From an uncultured Actinomycetota bacterium (GTDB lineage: Bacteria > Actinomycetota > Actinomycetes > Mycobacteriales > Micromonosporaceae), in assembly GCA_963803115.1 (NCBI GenBank), contig CAWDLN010000003.1:372304-436303 (forward strand): a DNA stretch of 64,000 nucleotides. The letters are read 5' to 3'. Made by a program: the position numbers and the translations under genes. Shown one piece after another: positions 51,564-64,000 of the stretch (position 1 is the first letter of the stretch; the number at the start of each line of letters is the position of its first letter). The notes under the pieces were generated by a model. That model saw nothing but the letters and a program-made list of their open reading frames with translations, was not told the origin of the DNA and searched no databases.

Positions 51564-52682
51564 GTGAGCACTCCAGCGCAGTCCGGATCCGAAGATCTCG
51601 CTGGCGAGGTTGAGAGCTCGGCCGTCCCCCGGGCTCGGCACGCCTCGGATGAGCAAGAGGACGTCGCCGCGGAGCCCGCCGCCAACTCGGTGACCAGAAT
51701 TATGCCGGTCATCGCTCCCTGGCCCGAGCCTGGTCGGGAGTCACCGGGCCCGCCCCAACGTGCGCTGCCGCCCGGGCGGGTGTCGGCTGCTGTTCCCGTG
51801 CCCTGGCCAGACCTGCCCGTTGTGCCCACGGGCGTGATCGGAGCGAGCGCGGCCATGGCGGAGCCGAGCGAGACCTCACGGCCGGGGCCGAGGGCGGTCG
51901 CCGAGGACTCGTGGGATGAGCGCCCGCCGTCGAGTGCGGTCGACGGGCGTCCGGCGAGCCCGCCGTCGCGTCGACTGTGGATCGCGGTTCTGGGCGTCCT
52001 CATGGGACTCGGAGCCATTGTCGCGGTGCCGTTCGCCCTCTCCTCGCAGCCGAAGGTCGAGCCCGAAGCCGCGCCTGGTCAGCTGCCGACCGAGCTCGAC
52101 ATGCCGTCGTCGGAATTCGTCCCGGATTCGGTCCTCACGACGCCGCCGCAGGCAACGATGCCGACCGGGCACGTCGCGACTCCCGTGCCGACGACCGCGC
52201 CGGTGCCGAACCCCCCACCACCCAACACGACGGAGCCGCGAGCCAAGAGCGCGACCACTCCGCCCACCCTTCCTGCACCCCCACCCCTGACCATCGAGGC
52301 GGAGAGCGGGGTCGTGACTGGCTCGGCGTGGAACTGGGATGGTTATCCGACAACGGCTTCTGGCGGGTGGATCGTTCGCAACCTGGGCAACTGGGGCGGC
52401 ACCCCGGGGACACTCACGGTCAACGAGATCGTCTTTCCCACGACCGGCACGTACACGCTCACCATCTATTTCGTTCATCCCAATGGGGAGGTGAACCGGA
52501 GCGCGTTGGTAACGGTCTCGGGTGTGCCCTCCGTGACGGTCAACTTCACGGCACCCAGCCCGGACTGCTGCTACACGCAGGCCGTCACCATCAACGTGCC
52601 CGCAGGTACTCATTCGATCAAGTTCGAGAATCCGACCGACCATGCACCGTCGGTAGACAAGATCGTCATTACCCGGTCGTGA
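51564..52682 (+). CDS. single-pass membrane protein: acidic/Pro-rich cytoplasmic N-terminus, Pro/Thr linker, C-terminal CBM6/35-like beta-sandwich domain
   Basis: TM RRLWIAVLGVLMGLGAIVAVPFAL; C-terminus LTIEAESGVVTGSAWNWDG...GTYTLTIYFVHPNGEVNRSALVTVSGVPSVTVNF...IDKIVITRS. Confidence 0.6.
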   Translation: MSTPAQSGSEDLAGEVESSAVPRARHASDEQEDVAAEPAANSVTRIMPVIAPWPEPGRESPGPPQRALPPGRVSAAVPVPWPDLPVVPTGVIGASAAMAEPSETSRPGPRAVAEDSWDERPPSSAVDGRPASPPSRRLWIAVLGVLMGLGAIVAVPFALSSQPKVEPEAAPGQLPTELDMPSSEFVPDSVLTTPPQATMPTGHVATPVPTTAPVPNPPPPNTTEPRAKSATTPPTLPAPPPLTIEAESGVVTGSAWNWDGYPTTASGGWIVRNLGNWGGTPGTLTVNEIVFPTTGTYTLTIYFVHPNGEVNRSALVTVSGVPSVTVNFTAPSPDCCYTQAVTINVPAGTHSIKFENPTDHAPSVDKIVITRS

Positions 52683-52994
52683 TGAGCCCAGAGTAGGGGA
52701 CCGATGACGGCCCGCTCGCTGCACGGTGACGCCAGACATAAGGGAATGTCGATGGATGCCCGAGCGAACGTTCGTGTGCCCACCGTCTTGAACAGTGTCG
52801 ATGCCCGACGGGCTTACCGCGTGATGGCCGACCGGTGGGCCACGGCTGGCCGCTTGGCCGGTCCCGCCAGAGGTGCTCGGAGCGGTACGTTTCGGGCCGC
52901 GCTGGAGGCCGGGGGGCCGATCAAGCGCAGGGTGAGTCCGGCGGTGAGCGCGTGACTCTGTGAAGCTTGCGCTGGGCGGACGACCCAGACGCGT

Positions 52995-54695
52995 GTGCGG
53001 GTTCAGAGGGGTGCGATGACTGCGGGCGAGGGGGAGGACAGCGGGTTGCACGCGGGCCCACAGATCCCGGAGACGGCACTGCCCCCCGAACGGGCTGTCA
53101 CGCAGCCGCTGCCCATGGTCCGGCGTGAGGGCTCAACGGAGCCGCCGAGCGTACGGGCGGTTGCCCGCCGCGTCGCCTCGGCGCTGCCTGCTTTGGGCCA
53201 TGCCGACGCGGCTGGCGACACGCCACACTCCGCCCGGATGACGGCCGATCGACGCCGCCAGGCCCGTGCGGCGGCCCGCGGGAGCGCCTCCGGGACTCCC
53301 ACTCCACGGCCCATCGAGGGGGAGTCCCCGCCTTCGGACAAGAAGGCCCCGGCTTCGGACCAGAAGGCACCGGCTTCGGACCAGGAGGTCTCGGCTTCGG
53401 ACCAGGAGGTCTCGGCTTCGGACCAGCTGGCCACTGCTTCGGAGAAAGGAGCCTTGTCTGATCCGAGCGCCCTGGGCGACGAACGACCGTCGCCTGAGTC
53501 GGCGGCCGAGCTCGAGCCGGTGGTCGAGGCGGATCGGGCCGCGAGGGCCCGGCGGGCGATCGAATTGGTGATCGAACCACTCGCGGTGGCCGACACTGGA
53601 CAGGCCGACGGTGACCGGCCCGCGCCGGAGCCGGTGGTGGTCGTCAGCCGACCCCGGTCGCACGGAACCCCGCTATCTCAGGGCGGCCCGGTGTCGGCCC
53701 CGCTGATGGGGCAGCCACCGCGAGCCGGAGACGTGCTCGACGCGGAGATCGTCGACGACCCTCCGGCGCTCGGTCGGACCGGCATGAGCGCCGCCGCGGC
53801 CGAGGTGGTGACCGCGCTGACCGAGGTCGCATTCCGCGAGGCCCGGACCGACGAATGGATCATGGGTCCACCCGAGCCCGTGGTGGAGCCGAGCGCCGGC
53901 GTGCTGGTTGACCTTAGGCCCGGTCCGTCGGTACTCGGGCCCGACTCGTGGGATCCCGATGACCTGCCGGTACCGCAACACGACGCGTACCAGGGCCGCC
54001 GCCGCGCAGCGTCCTCCACGCGACTGTGGCTGGTGATAGGACTGGTCATCGCAGCACTCGGCACCGCGATCGCGGTGCCGTTCCTGTTGACGTCAGGTAC
54101 CCCGGAACCGATAGCGGTGCTCACGCCGAACGCGTCGGCCTCGAGCGATCAGGGAGCCAGCACGCTGACCTCCTCGCCGGCGCCGGAATCGTCGTCGGCT
54201 CAGACCGGTTTACCAGTGATCGGTGCGTCACCATTGGTCACGTCGTCAACACCCACGACGCCTCCGGTCCTCCTGACCGTGCAGGCTGAGCAGGGAGGCT
54301 CGGCGACGGCGTGGGGTGGTACCTCAGATCGGGCCAGTTTCGCCGGGGCCACGGTCATCGACGAGCTCGGCGAGCATTGGCCGGGGACCTCCATCGATGG
54401 CTGGCTGGAGTTTCGCAACATCACTGGGTTCGACGCCGGGCCGTATGTGCTCAAGATCTACTACGTGTACACAAATCAGCCGCCGGAGGCGCCACGTCCC
54501 GTCAATGGGGTACGCAGCATGAACGTGACCGTGAACGGCAATAACGTGCTACGAAATCAGCAGTTCAGTCCGGTATCGACGATCACCGTTCTCAACGTGA
54601 ACGTGACACTACGGGCGTCGTCGAACACGATCCGTCTGACCCACAGCAACGTCGAATGTCCTGCGATCGATCGGATCGAGATCACCAGGACATAA
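52995..54695 (+). CDS. paralogous single-pass membrane protein with a 21-bp-repeat region and a C-terminal CBM6/35-like domain
   Basis: TM LWLVIGLVIAALGTAIAVPFLL; C-terminus LLTVQAEQGGSATAWGGTSDR...GPYVLKIYYVYTNQPPEAPRPVNGVRSMNVTVNG...IDRIEITRT. Confidence 0.6.
   Translation: MRVQRGAMTAGEGEDSGLHAGPQIPETALPPERAVTQPLPMVRREGSTEPPSVRAVARRVASALPALGHADAAGDTPHSARMTADRRRQARAAARGSASGTPTPRPIEGESPPSDKKAPASDQKAPASDQEVSASDQEVSASDQLATASEKGALSDPSALGDERPSPESAAELEPVVEADRAARARRAIELVIEPLAVADTGQADGDRPAPEPVVVVSRPRSHGTPLSQGGPVSAPLMGQPPRAGDVLDAEIVDDPPALGRTGMSAAAAEVVTALTEVAFREARTDEWIMGPPEPVVEPSAGVLVDLRPGPSVLGPDSWDPDDLPVPQHDAYQGRRRAASSTRLWLVIGLVIAALGTAIAVPFLLTSGTPEPIAVLTPNASASSDQGASTLTSSPAPESSSAQTGLPVIGASPLVTSSTPTTPPVLLTVQAEQGGSATAWGGTSDRASFAGATVIDELGEHWPGTSIDGWLEFRNITGFDAGPYVLKIYYVYTNQPPEAPRPVNGVRSMNVTVNGNNVLRNQQFSPVSTITVLNVNVTLRASSNTIRLTHSNVECPAIDRIEITRT
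53330..53455. repeat. tandem 21-bp repeat (ggcttcggaccagaaggcacc-like, ~6 copies) inside the CBM protein 2 gene
   Basis: Read directly; encodes KAPASDQ/EVSASDQ heptad repeats. Confidence 0.6.
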
Positions 54696-54814
54696 ACCGG
54701 AACTGGCACGCATTGGAGGCGCTTCTTGTCGGAGGGCCCGGCTAGAGTTGCCACGGCGTGGCGACCTGGGATGCTGCGCTTGGGCCGTAACCGTTTGACG
54801 TATCGGTAAGGCTG

Positions 54815-57802
<2,988 letters not shown>

Positions 57803-57853
57803 GCTGCTGGCCGCCGCCTCACGCGAAGGCTTCCCCCGCTCGCACATCCCCGC

Positions 57854-57911
57854 CGATCTTGGGCGAATGCGCATGAGTCGATCTCTGATCACGCGCATAA
57901 CCCCAAGGTCG
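57854..57911. repeat. 58-bp palindromic repeat, copy C (more diverged)
   Basis: CGATCTTGGGCGAATGCGCATGAGTCGATCTCTGATCACGCGCATAACCCCAAGGTCG, ~50 nt after the uvrA stop. Confidence 0.6.
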
Positions 57912-57927
57912 CGAAGTGTTGGGCGAC

Positions 57928-58590
57928 TCAGGAGACGTCGCTGAGGAAGGCGAGCACCGCCCGTACCCGACGGTGACTTGTGTCGTCGTCGACCAAGCCG
58001 AGTTTCGCGAAGATGGCGTTGATGTGCTTCTCGACCGCGCGGGTTCCGATGTCCAGCCGCTGCGCGATCGCGGTGTTGCTCAGGCCCGTGGCCATCGCCG
58101 CCAGTACCTCAGCCTCGCGGGGGGTCAGCCAGGAAAGTGGTGACCGGCCACGAGCACGGGCATTGACCAGCCGGGTCACCACCCTCGGGTCGATGACGGA
58201 GCCGCCGGCCGCGACCGTTCGGATCGCGCCGGTGAGCTGGTCCACGTCGGAGATCGTCTCCTTGAGCAGGTACGACCGACGCTCCGAGCCGGCCTCCAGT
58301 AGCGCGAGCACGTACTCCGGCTCGTCGTACTGGCTCAACACAACGACGCCGACCTGCGGCGCCTCGACCGCGAGTTCGGCCGCTAGGCGGATTCCCTCGT
58401 CGGAGCGGGTCGGTGGCATCCGGATGTCGGTCAGGACGACGTCGGGCCGCTCACGTACCACCGCGTCTCGAAGCGTCCCGTAGTCGGCACAGGTCGCGAC
58501 GACGTCGAGGTCCGGTTGGGTGGCCAGGATCCGCTCGATACCCTGCCGGACCAGGAAGTCGTCCTCGCCGATCGCGACTCGGATGCCCAT
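57928..58590 (-). CDS. NarL/LuxR-family response regulator (REC + HTH_LuxR), no adjacent kinase
   Basis: MGIRVAIGEDDFLVRQGIERIL...VVLTDIRMPP...LTPREAEVLAAMATGLSNTAIAQRLDIGTRAVEKHINAIFAKL. Confidence 0.85.
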   Translation of the reverse strand: MGIRVAIGEDDFLVRQGIERILATQPDLDVVATCADYGTLRDAVVRERPDVVLTDIRMPPTRSDEGIRLAAELAVEAPQVGVVVLSQYDEPEYVLALLEAGSERRSYLLKETISDVDQLTGAIRTVAAGGSVIDPRVVTRLVNARARGRSPLSWLTPREAEVLAAMATGLSNTAIAQRLDIGTRAVEKHINAIFAKLGLVDDDTSHRRVRAVLAFLSDVS

Positions 58591-58780
58591 GTCGCAAAGG
58601 CTAGTGCCGCGACGGTCGATGCATCGACCGGCTTCCGTCGCCGGTCTGGGAAATCCGGCCGTGTCGGGGTTCGGGCAGGTATGTCGGTCCGAAGTCCACA
58701 CCGGCAGCAGAGTAGCTACTCGCTGAGCGGTGTGGACTTCATGACAGACACGGTGGCCCGGTATGGCCACCGGGTGTCAC

Positions 58781-61369
58781 CTAGGGCCGATCGGCGATCC
58801 GCCAAGCGCGGACCTGAAGCGAACCGTCCAGGCCTCCCACTACCGCGAGGTTCGCCGACACCAGGTCGCCCTCCGCGTGGTTCGTTGGCACCGCACACAC
58901 CTCGATCGAACTCGAGTCAAAGGTCGGGACTTGATGTTCGGCGATGCGATACGGCGTGATCGTGTCGTCCGCGTTGCGCCGGGACTCCCAGACGACGAGC
59001 CTCTGTTTCGCCTCACCGTCCTTGATGGCCGTCACCAACCCCGACGTGCCGAACGGTACGACTGACGGTCGCTCGAGGACTACGTCGGTCGTGGGCCCTG
59101 TATCACCGCGCTTGGTGAAGTCCTTGAACCCGTCGAAGTCGAAGTCCACGCCGCCGTACACGATCCGTAGGAATCCGCCGTTAGTCCGGACTGCGGTCGC
59201 GAAATAGATCGGCCTGAAGATCTCGTCGTCGGGCAGCCGTTGCTCGACCGGGATGGCGGTGATACTCACGCGGCTGGCGGCGATCGAGGTGCCGAATGAC
59301 CCGACGGCCGCGATCGTGCCGGCGACCGGGTCGAGTGACCAGAGTTCGTTGGCCACGGTGCCCGTGTCGCTCCTACGCACGGCCGTGGCGAAGTAATACA
59401 GGGCTCCCACCACAAACGGACCCGCCACCGACACCTGGTCGACCGCGAGCGACGGGGTGAGCGATCCGACGCTGACAAGCTTCGTCGTCACGTTCCGGGT
59501 GTCGACCCGCCACGCCGTGAGCGCGAGTTTCCCGTCCTGGTCAACATCGGCGACAAGGAATAGGCTGTCGTCGATCGGCAGCAGGCGAACGGACGCGCCG
59601 ACACCCGCGGGTACGTCCTCAACGACGAGACTCGGTGTGCCGCTCGGCGCGACATTCCATAGCGAGAGCTTGATGCTTCCGCCAGGCTTGGGGTTGTTCA
59701 GGCTCGGATTACCCTTCGTCTTGGCCGTAACGACGGAGTTATCACCAAGGTGTATCGCTTGAACGTCGGAAGTGAAGAGAGCCTGCGAATTGCTAGCCCC
59801 CTGAGGCGCGCTTTCAGCGACTTTCGCGATCGTTGATCCGTCGACGTCGACCCCCCATGTCGTCAGGGTCACGCCGTGGTCGGCCGCCATCGCGGCCGAG
59901 ACCGCGCGGCCGTCGGGTAGGCAGGCCAAGGCGTGGTCGGTCCAGCCGGTCCCAGCACCGATCGTGTCGCGCAGGTCGGGATGGAATAGGACGGAGAACG
60001 AGTAGTCGAGCGCGAGCGTCGGGTCATCCTGGGTCGGTGGGTAGCTCGCTCCAATCAGGCCGAGCACGAGCCGGCGCCCGATCCGTTTCGCGCTGGAGAT
60101 CGAGCAGTTGAGGTTGTACGGGCTGTTCGAGCCGCTGCCGCACGCGCCGGAGCTGCCGCCCTTGCCACCCTCGGAGCCCGGATAGGCGCCGACGCCCCAA
60201 CCGAGGCTGTACTGCTTCTGGCCACCGCCCAGGAACGTCGAGAAGCTGTAGGCCGGGCCGGGGAATCCAACCACCTGGCGGAAGAGCGGGTCCTGGAAGC
60301 CGTGCTCCCAGATCCTCGCGAGATCGCGCGCGGTTGTGTAATGGATGTAACCGTTCTTCTTGAACGAGTCTTTGCAGAATGACAGGTTGAGCACTGTTCC
60401 ATAGGCGTCGGCGGTGGGGCACTTGTTGTCGAGGCCGGCGGGATTCGTGAAGTGGCTGTTCGGAAGACCAGCGGCCGTGACGTGACCGGGCAGGGTGACG
60501 TCGTTCATGAGCTCAACGAAGGTGCTGACATTGCCCGCGACGTGCTCGGCTATGGCGATGGCCGCGTCGTTGCCCGAGGGATACATCATGCCGCGCAGAA
60601 GGTCGCCGAACTGCACCTGCTCACCTTGTTGCAACGGGATGTATGAGTTCCAGGTGCCGAGATCGTAGAAGTCCATGTAGCGGATGCGCGGATCGTCGGT
60701 CACCGGCGTAACCGGGTTGGTCGTCGGTTGCGGGCCAAGGAAGAGTCTCTCGCCGCCGTCGTACTGCCCGTCCAGGTCCGCGTCGTACACGATGGTCTCG
60801 CCGCTGTCGCGCGTCCCGTTGCTGTTCGAGTCGACGTACGTAACATGGGGGTCGTCGGCGAGTGCCGCTCCCGTCGCCGGCGTGCCATTCCCGTTTGGCA
60901 GCAGGACAACCTCGCCGGAGCCGTAGGTGGCGTCCTGGTCGGCGTCGATGACAAGGAACTCGCCGAACCGATCGCCCATGAGCGAGCTGCAGCCGCCCAT
61001 CAGCGAGCTACAAGGCACCCAGGGCGACGTGGCCACCGCGTTCGCGCTCACGGTGACCCAGTCGCCGAGAGTGCAGAACCCGGCCGGCGAGGTGGGGCAT
61101 GCGCCGGGAATGCGACCCATGAGCGCATCGACCGCGATGTGCAACGACACGATCTTGGTGGTGCTGGCCATGCCGTTCGGGTCGTCCGGCAATCCTGAGA
61201 AGAGTTCGCCGTTCGGTCCCTGGAAGTCATAGAGCGGATCGCCGACGAAGTAACGCGGCGCGATCAGTGTGGGCGCGGCGGAGTCCGCATGGGCAATCTC
61301 AGATGCCGTCGTGAGAGCGAGGACGGCGACGGTTGCGACGGCTCCGACCAGAACTCTACGGATATACAT
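58781..61369 (-). CDS. secreted serine-type D-Ala-D-Ala carboxypeptidase (S11/PBP-like) with internal insert and ~450-aa C-terminal extension
   Basis: Signal peptide; ASTTKIV (SxxK), YPSGNDAAIAIAEH (SxN), Asp/Gly-rich Ca-binding-like insert; long beta-rich C-terminal region. Confidence 0.7.
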   Translation of the reverse strand: MYIRRVLVGAVATVAVLALTTASEIAHADSAAPTLIAPRYFVGDPLYDFQGPNGELFSGLPDDPNGMASTTKIVSLHIAVDALMGRIPGACPTSPAGFCTLGDWVTVSANAVATSPWVPCSSLMGGCSSLMGDRFGEFLVIDADQDATYGSGEVVLLPNGNGTPATGAALADDPHVTYVDSNSNGTRDSGETIVYDADLDGQYDGGERLFLGPQPTTNPVTPVTDDPRIRYMDFYDLGTWNSYIPLQQGEQVQFGDLLRGMMYPSGNDAAIAIAEHVAGNVSTFVELMNDVTLPGHVTAAGLPNSHFTNPAGLDNKCPTADAYGTVLNLSFCKDSFKKNGYIHYTTARDLARIWEHGFQDPLFRQVVGFPGPAYSFSTFLGGGQKQYSLGWGVGAYPGSEGGKGGSSGACGSGSNSPYNLNCSISSAKRIGRRLVLGLIGASYPPTQDDPTLALDYSFSVLFHPDLRDTIGAGTGWTDHALACLPDGRAVSAAMAADHGVTLTTWGVDVDGSTIAKVAESAPQGASNSQALFTSDVQAIHLGDNSVVTAKTKGNPSLNNPKPGGSIKLSLWNVAPSGTPSLVVEDVPAGVGASVRLLPIDDSLFLVADVDQDGKLALTAWRVDTRNVTTKLVSVGSLTPSLAVDQVSVAGPFVVGALYYFATAVRRSDTGTVANELWSLDPVAGTIAAVGSFGTSIAASRVSITAIPVEQRLPDDEIFRPIYFATAVRTNGGFLRIVYGGVDFDFDGFKDFTKRGDTGPTTDVVLERPSVVPFGTSGLVTAIKDGEAKQRLVVWESRRNADDTITPYRIAEHQVPTFDSSSIEVCAVPTNHAEGDLVSANLAVVGGLDGSLQVRAWRIADRP

Positions 61370-61408
61370 ATGGACGACCTTCCCTTCGAGGGCTGTGACG
61401 GGTGGCGT

Positions 61409-61903
61409 TTACAACTTGGCGACGACCGCCCTCGCGACGGCGGGGCGCAGGGCATCGAGGTTCGAGTCGCCGATGACCGCGACCAGGAACACGTCCTGTC
61501 CTTTGCGGAACATGAACATGCCCGGCCCGACGTGCGCGGCGTCGCCGATGCCGGCGACAGCGGTGAAACCGCCGGTGGCATCCGGGGTGTAGTACTCGGT
61601 CCCGTGCCAGGCGGTCAGCTCGATCTCCGCAGTGTCGGTGACGACTTCCTGGCGCGGGTAGGTCCACGTGCACTTCCGGCCCTGGAACTCACCCACCGGG
61701 CCGGTCTGCGTTACGGCCGGTGCGGCGGCCAGTTGGTCCACAGTGGATATTATCGTGGCCAGTTCGGTTGCGGAGAGCAGCTCACATGGGTTGCGCGCAG
61801 TCGCGTTGCCTCCGCCCGCCGATGGCGGCGGGGAGTCTTGCTCGGGACCGCACGCGGCCGTCAACACGAGGACGAGCGCGACGGTAATGGCTGCGATTCT
61901 CAT
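61409..61903 (-). CDS. DUF3558-type lipoprotein
   Basis: MRIAAITVALVLVLTAACG (lipobox) ...NPCELLSATELATI...GRKCTW. Confidence 0.6.
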   Translation of the reverse strand: MRIAAITVALVLVLTAACGPEQDSPPPSAGGGNATARNPCELLSATELATIISTVDQLAAAPAVTQTGPVGEFQGRKCTWTYPRQEVVTDTAEIELTAWHGTEYYTPDATGGFTAVAGIGDAAHVGPGMFMFRKGQDVFLVAVIGDSNLDALRPAVARAVVAKL

Positions 61904-61988
61904 GGTTCTCCGATCGGGGTTCCGGGGACATGGATGTTCCTTGAACTGGGCAACAAGGTATTTACGCGGACACCGTGCGTGAACCGTG

Positions 61989-62603
61989 TCAACCGGCCGC
62001 ACCCGGGTTCGGTGGACACGAAGAGCGGCGGATGAGAACCGCCAAGCCGGCGCCGGATGCGACGGCGGCAACGACGAAGCCCGTCAGCAGGTCGAGCGGA
62101 GGCTCGGCGTAATGCCCGATTAAGTCGCCGATCGAGGCTCCGAGCGACCACGCCACGACGCTGTAAAGCAACCACCAGCGAGCGCCGGCCAGCCGGCGCT
62201 GGAGCGCGAGCCACTGCACGGTGCCGACGATCGCGCCGATGGCCACGCCGTGCCCCGCACCTGCGATGACCACGCCGGGCAGCCCTGAACCTTCGGGCAG
62301 CGCCAACGCAACCGCGAGTCCGAGACCGATCCCGACCGCTGAGAACAATGCCCAACCGGGTACTCCACCGATCGCCCGCCGGAGTACCCAGCTCTGAGCA
62401 AGGCCGAGCACGGCCCCGACTCCGGCGAGAATGAGCGGAAATACGATCATGAAGTACGGGTCGGTGCGCTCCTCCTCGCCGGTGACCTCGATGGCCACCA
62501 CCGCGAGGACAAAGCCGATGACGATCGCGACCGTTGAGGTCGCCGACCAGCGCAGCCACAGCTTGACGCCAGTCCACTGAGGAGGGCGGGCAAGAGTTGT
62601 CAT
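61989..62603 (-). CDS. hypothetical multi-TM membrane protein (intact paralog of 28110-28810)
   Basis: Repeated W(L/V)(V/A)L(R/Q)RR motifs between TM helices (SWVLRRAIGG..., QWLALQRRLAG...). Confidence 0.45.
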   Translation of the reverse strand: MTTLARPPQWTGVKLWLRWSATSTVAIVIGFVLAVVAIEVTGEEERTDPYFMIVFPLILAGVGAVLGLAQSWVLRRAIGGVPGWALFSAVGIGLGLAVALALPEGSGLPGVVIAGAGHGVAIGAIVGTVQWLALQRRLAGARWWLLYSVVAWSLGASIGDLIGHYAEPPLDLLTGFVVAAVASGAGLAVLIRRSSCPPNPGAAG

Positions 62604-62685
62604 GCCTGGTAACGCTGCTCGGCGTTGTTCGGGTGGGGTTAAGGCCGCAGACCGGATGGTGCGTGTCGGCCCGAGTTCGCCCACA

Positions 62686-64000
62686 ATGACTGCCATGTCG
62701 GCCACCTGGAGTTCGGTCCGGCGTCCAACCGTCGCGCTCACGGCGGTCGTCGTCATCGCGGCGGTCGGCGCGGTTCTCGGTCAGCATGCCAATGGGCAAG
62801 CGGTGGGCGAGCCGTACGATCTCGCGGTCTTCATCGCGTTCACGGCGGTCGCGGCTGCGGGAGCCTTCGTCGCCGCCCGCCAACCGAGGCATCCGATCGG
62901 TTGGCTGATCGTGGCGCTGGGCGGCGGCTGGGTCCTGGCCGGACTGCTCGTCAATTATGCGAACGCCGCGATGCCCGCTCTGCCCGCGCGCCTCGCCGCG
63001 TGGGCGGCCAGTTGGGAATGGGTTGTGCCGGTCGGTCTGGTCGGCCTCATCTTTCTGGTCTTTCCGGACGGGCGCCTGCCGTCGCCGCGGTGGCGACCCC
63101 TGCTCTGGCTCGGCTCCGGCGGCGTGGGACTTACCTTCCTCGTCAAGGCGTTGGCACCAGGACCACTGCCCGAGACGCCCGGGCTGGACAACCCGTTCGG
63201 GGTGCACGCGCCGGCCGGTGTGTTCGCGGTGCTCGATGGTTCGGCCCAGACCCTCTTCGCCGTCGCGATGCTCGCCGCCCTCGCGTCGGTGGTGCTGCGG
63301 TTCCGCCGCGCCGACGGTCTGGCCCGCCGTCAGCTGGCCTGGCTCGCTTACGCCGCGGCCGTCGTGGCGGCCGCCTTCACCGCGGCCAACGTTCTCGACG
63401 CCCTCGATCTCCGCAATGTCGCGGACAACCTGCGAATCGGCTCGCTGCTTGCGATTCCAGCCGGAGTCGCCGTCGCGGTGCTGCGTTACCGCCTCTACGA
63501 CATCGACATCCTGATCAACCGGACCGTCGTCGCCGCCGGCATGGTCGGCTTTGTCAGCACTGTGTACGTCGCGCTGGTGGTCGGGGTCGGCATGGCCGTC
63601 GGCAGCGGCACCGGATCCAATCTCGCTCTCGCGGTGGTGGCGACCGCGGTGGTCGCGGTCGCGTTTCAGCCCGTCCAGGGGCAGATCCAACGATGGGCGC
63701 GGCGGCTCGTGTTCGGCGCACCGACGCCGCCCGAGGTACGGGCGGGGGTGTCGATCCAGACCCTTGGCTCGTTTCAGGTCTTCCGGGACGGCCGGCCCGT
63801 ACCGTTGACCGCCTGGCAGTCGAAGAAGGCGCGCACATTGGTCAAGCTGCTCATCGCGCACCGCGGGCGGGCGGTTTCCCGAGAGGTGTTGATGGACGCA
63901 CTCTGGCCGGACGAGGATCCCGTCCTGGCCACGCGCCGGCTATCGGTCGCTCTGACTACCGCCCGCAGCGTGCTCGATCCCGGCAAGGCCCACCCGCCCG
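62686..64000 (+). CDS. membrane-domain protein fused to SARP/BTAD-type winged-helix DNA-binding domain (partial; continues past window end)
   Basis: No stop in-window, so absent from the ORF track. N-terminal ~330 aa with about eight hydrophobic helices, then SIQTLGSFQVFRDGRPVPLTAWQSKKARTLVKLLIAHRGRAVSREVLMDALWPDE (OmpR/SARP N-terminal DBD). Confidence 0.55.
   Translation, partial: MTAMSATWSSVRRPTVALTAVVVIAAVGAVLGQHANGQAVGEPYDLAVFIAFTAVAAAGAFVAARQPRHPIGWLIVALGGGWVLAGLLVNYANAAMPALPARLAAWAASWEWVVPVGLVGLIFLVFPDGRLPSPRWRPLLWLGSGGVGLTFLVKALAPGPLPETPGLDNPFGVHAPAGVFAVLDGSAQTLFAVAMLAALASVVLRFRRADGLARRQLAWLAYAAAVVAAAFTAANVLDALDLRNVADNLRIGSLLAIPAGVAVAVLRYRLYDIDILINRTVVAAGMVGFVSTVYVALVVGVGMAVGSGTGSNLALAVVATAVVAVAFQPVQGQIQRWARRLVFGAPTPPEVRAGVSIQTLGSFQVFRDGRPVPLTAWQSKKARTLVKLLIAHRGRAVSREVLMDALWPDEDPVLATRRLSVALTTARSVLDPGKAHPP

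Overview
High-GC (~70%) actinobacterial chromosomal segment (mycothiol- and F420-type enzymes; rpsA-coaE ... uvrB ... uvrA backbone as in Mycobacterium/Frankia-like genomes). Housekeeping genes read as long intact ORFs: rpsA, coaE, uvrB, purD, typA, rsgA, uvrA. In between lies a mosaic of accessory genes: a PNAG-like exopolysaccharide locus (GT2 + NodB deacetylase), peptidoglycan-remodelling enzymes, two tandem GGDEF cyclases, two tandem membrane-anchored CBM proteins, a WhiJ/BldB-like regulator triad and an ArsR operon. The most striking observation is that many accessory genes are interrupted by frameshifts, plus one in-frame amber stop in tex. The disruptions are concentrated at 27.2-33.5 kb, 36.9 kb and 40.9-41.6 kb, while the essential genes are clean. 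That fits either local genome decay (pseudogenes) or a locally error-prone assembly; the amber stop favours at least some real decay. Non-coding structure: a 58-bp imperfect palindromic repeat family (3 copies, each just after a + strand stop codon), a GGGCACCTT/AAGGTGCCC hairpin family at two gene ends, a perfect 36-bp palindrome in a divergent promoter, a candidate Mn2+ (yybP-ykoY-like) riboswitch ahead of a TerC gene, and several in-frame 18-bp tandem duplications inside coding regions. No tRNA, rRNA, CRISPR array or transposase was recognised.
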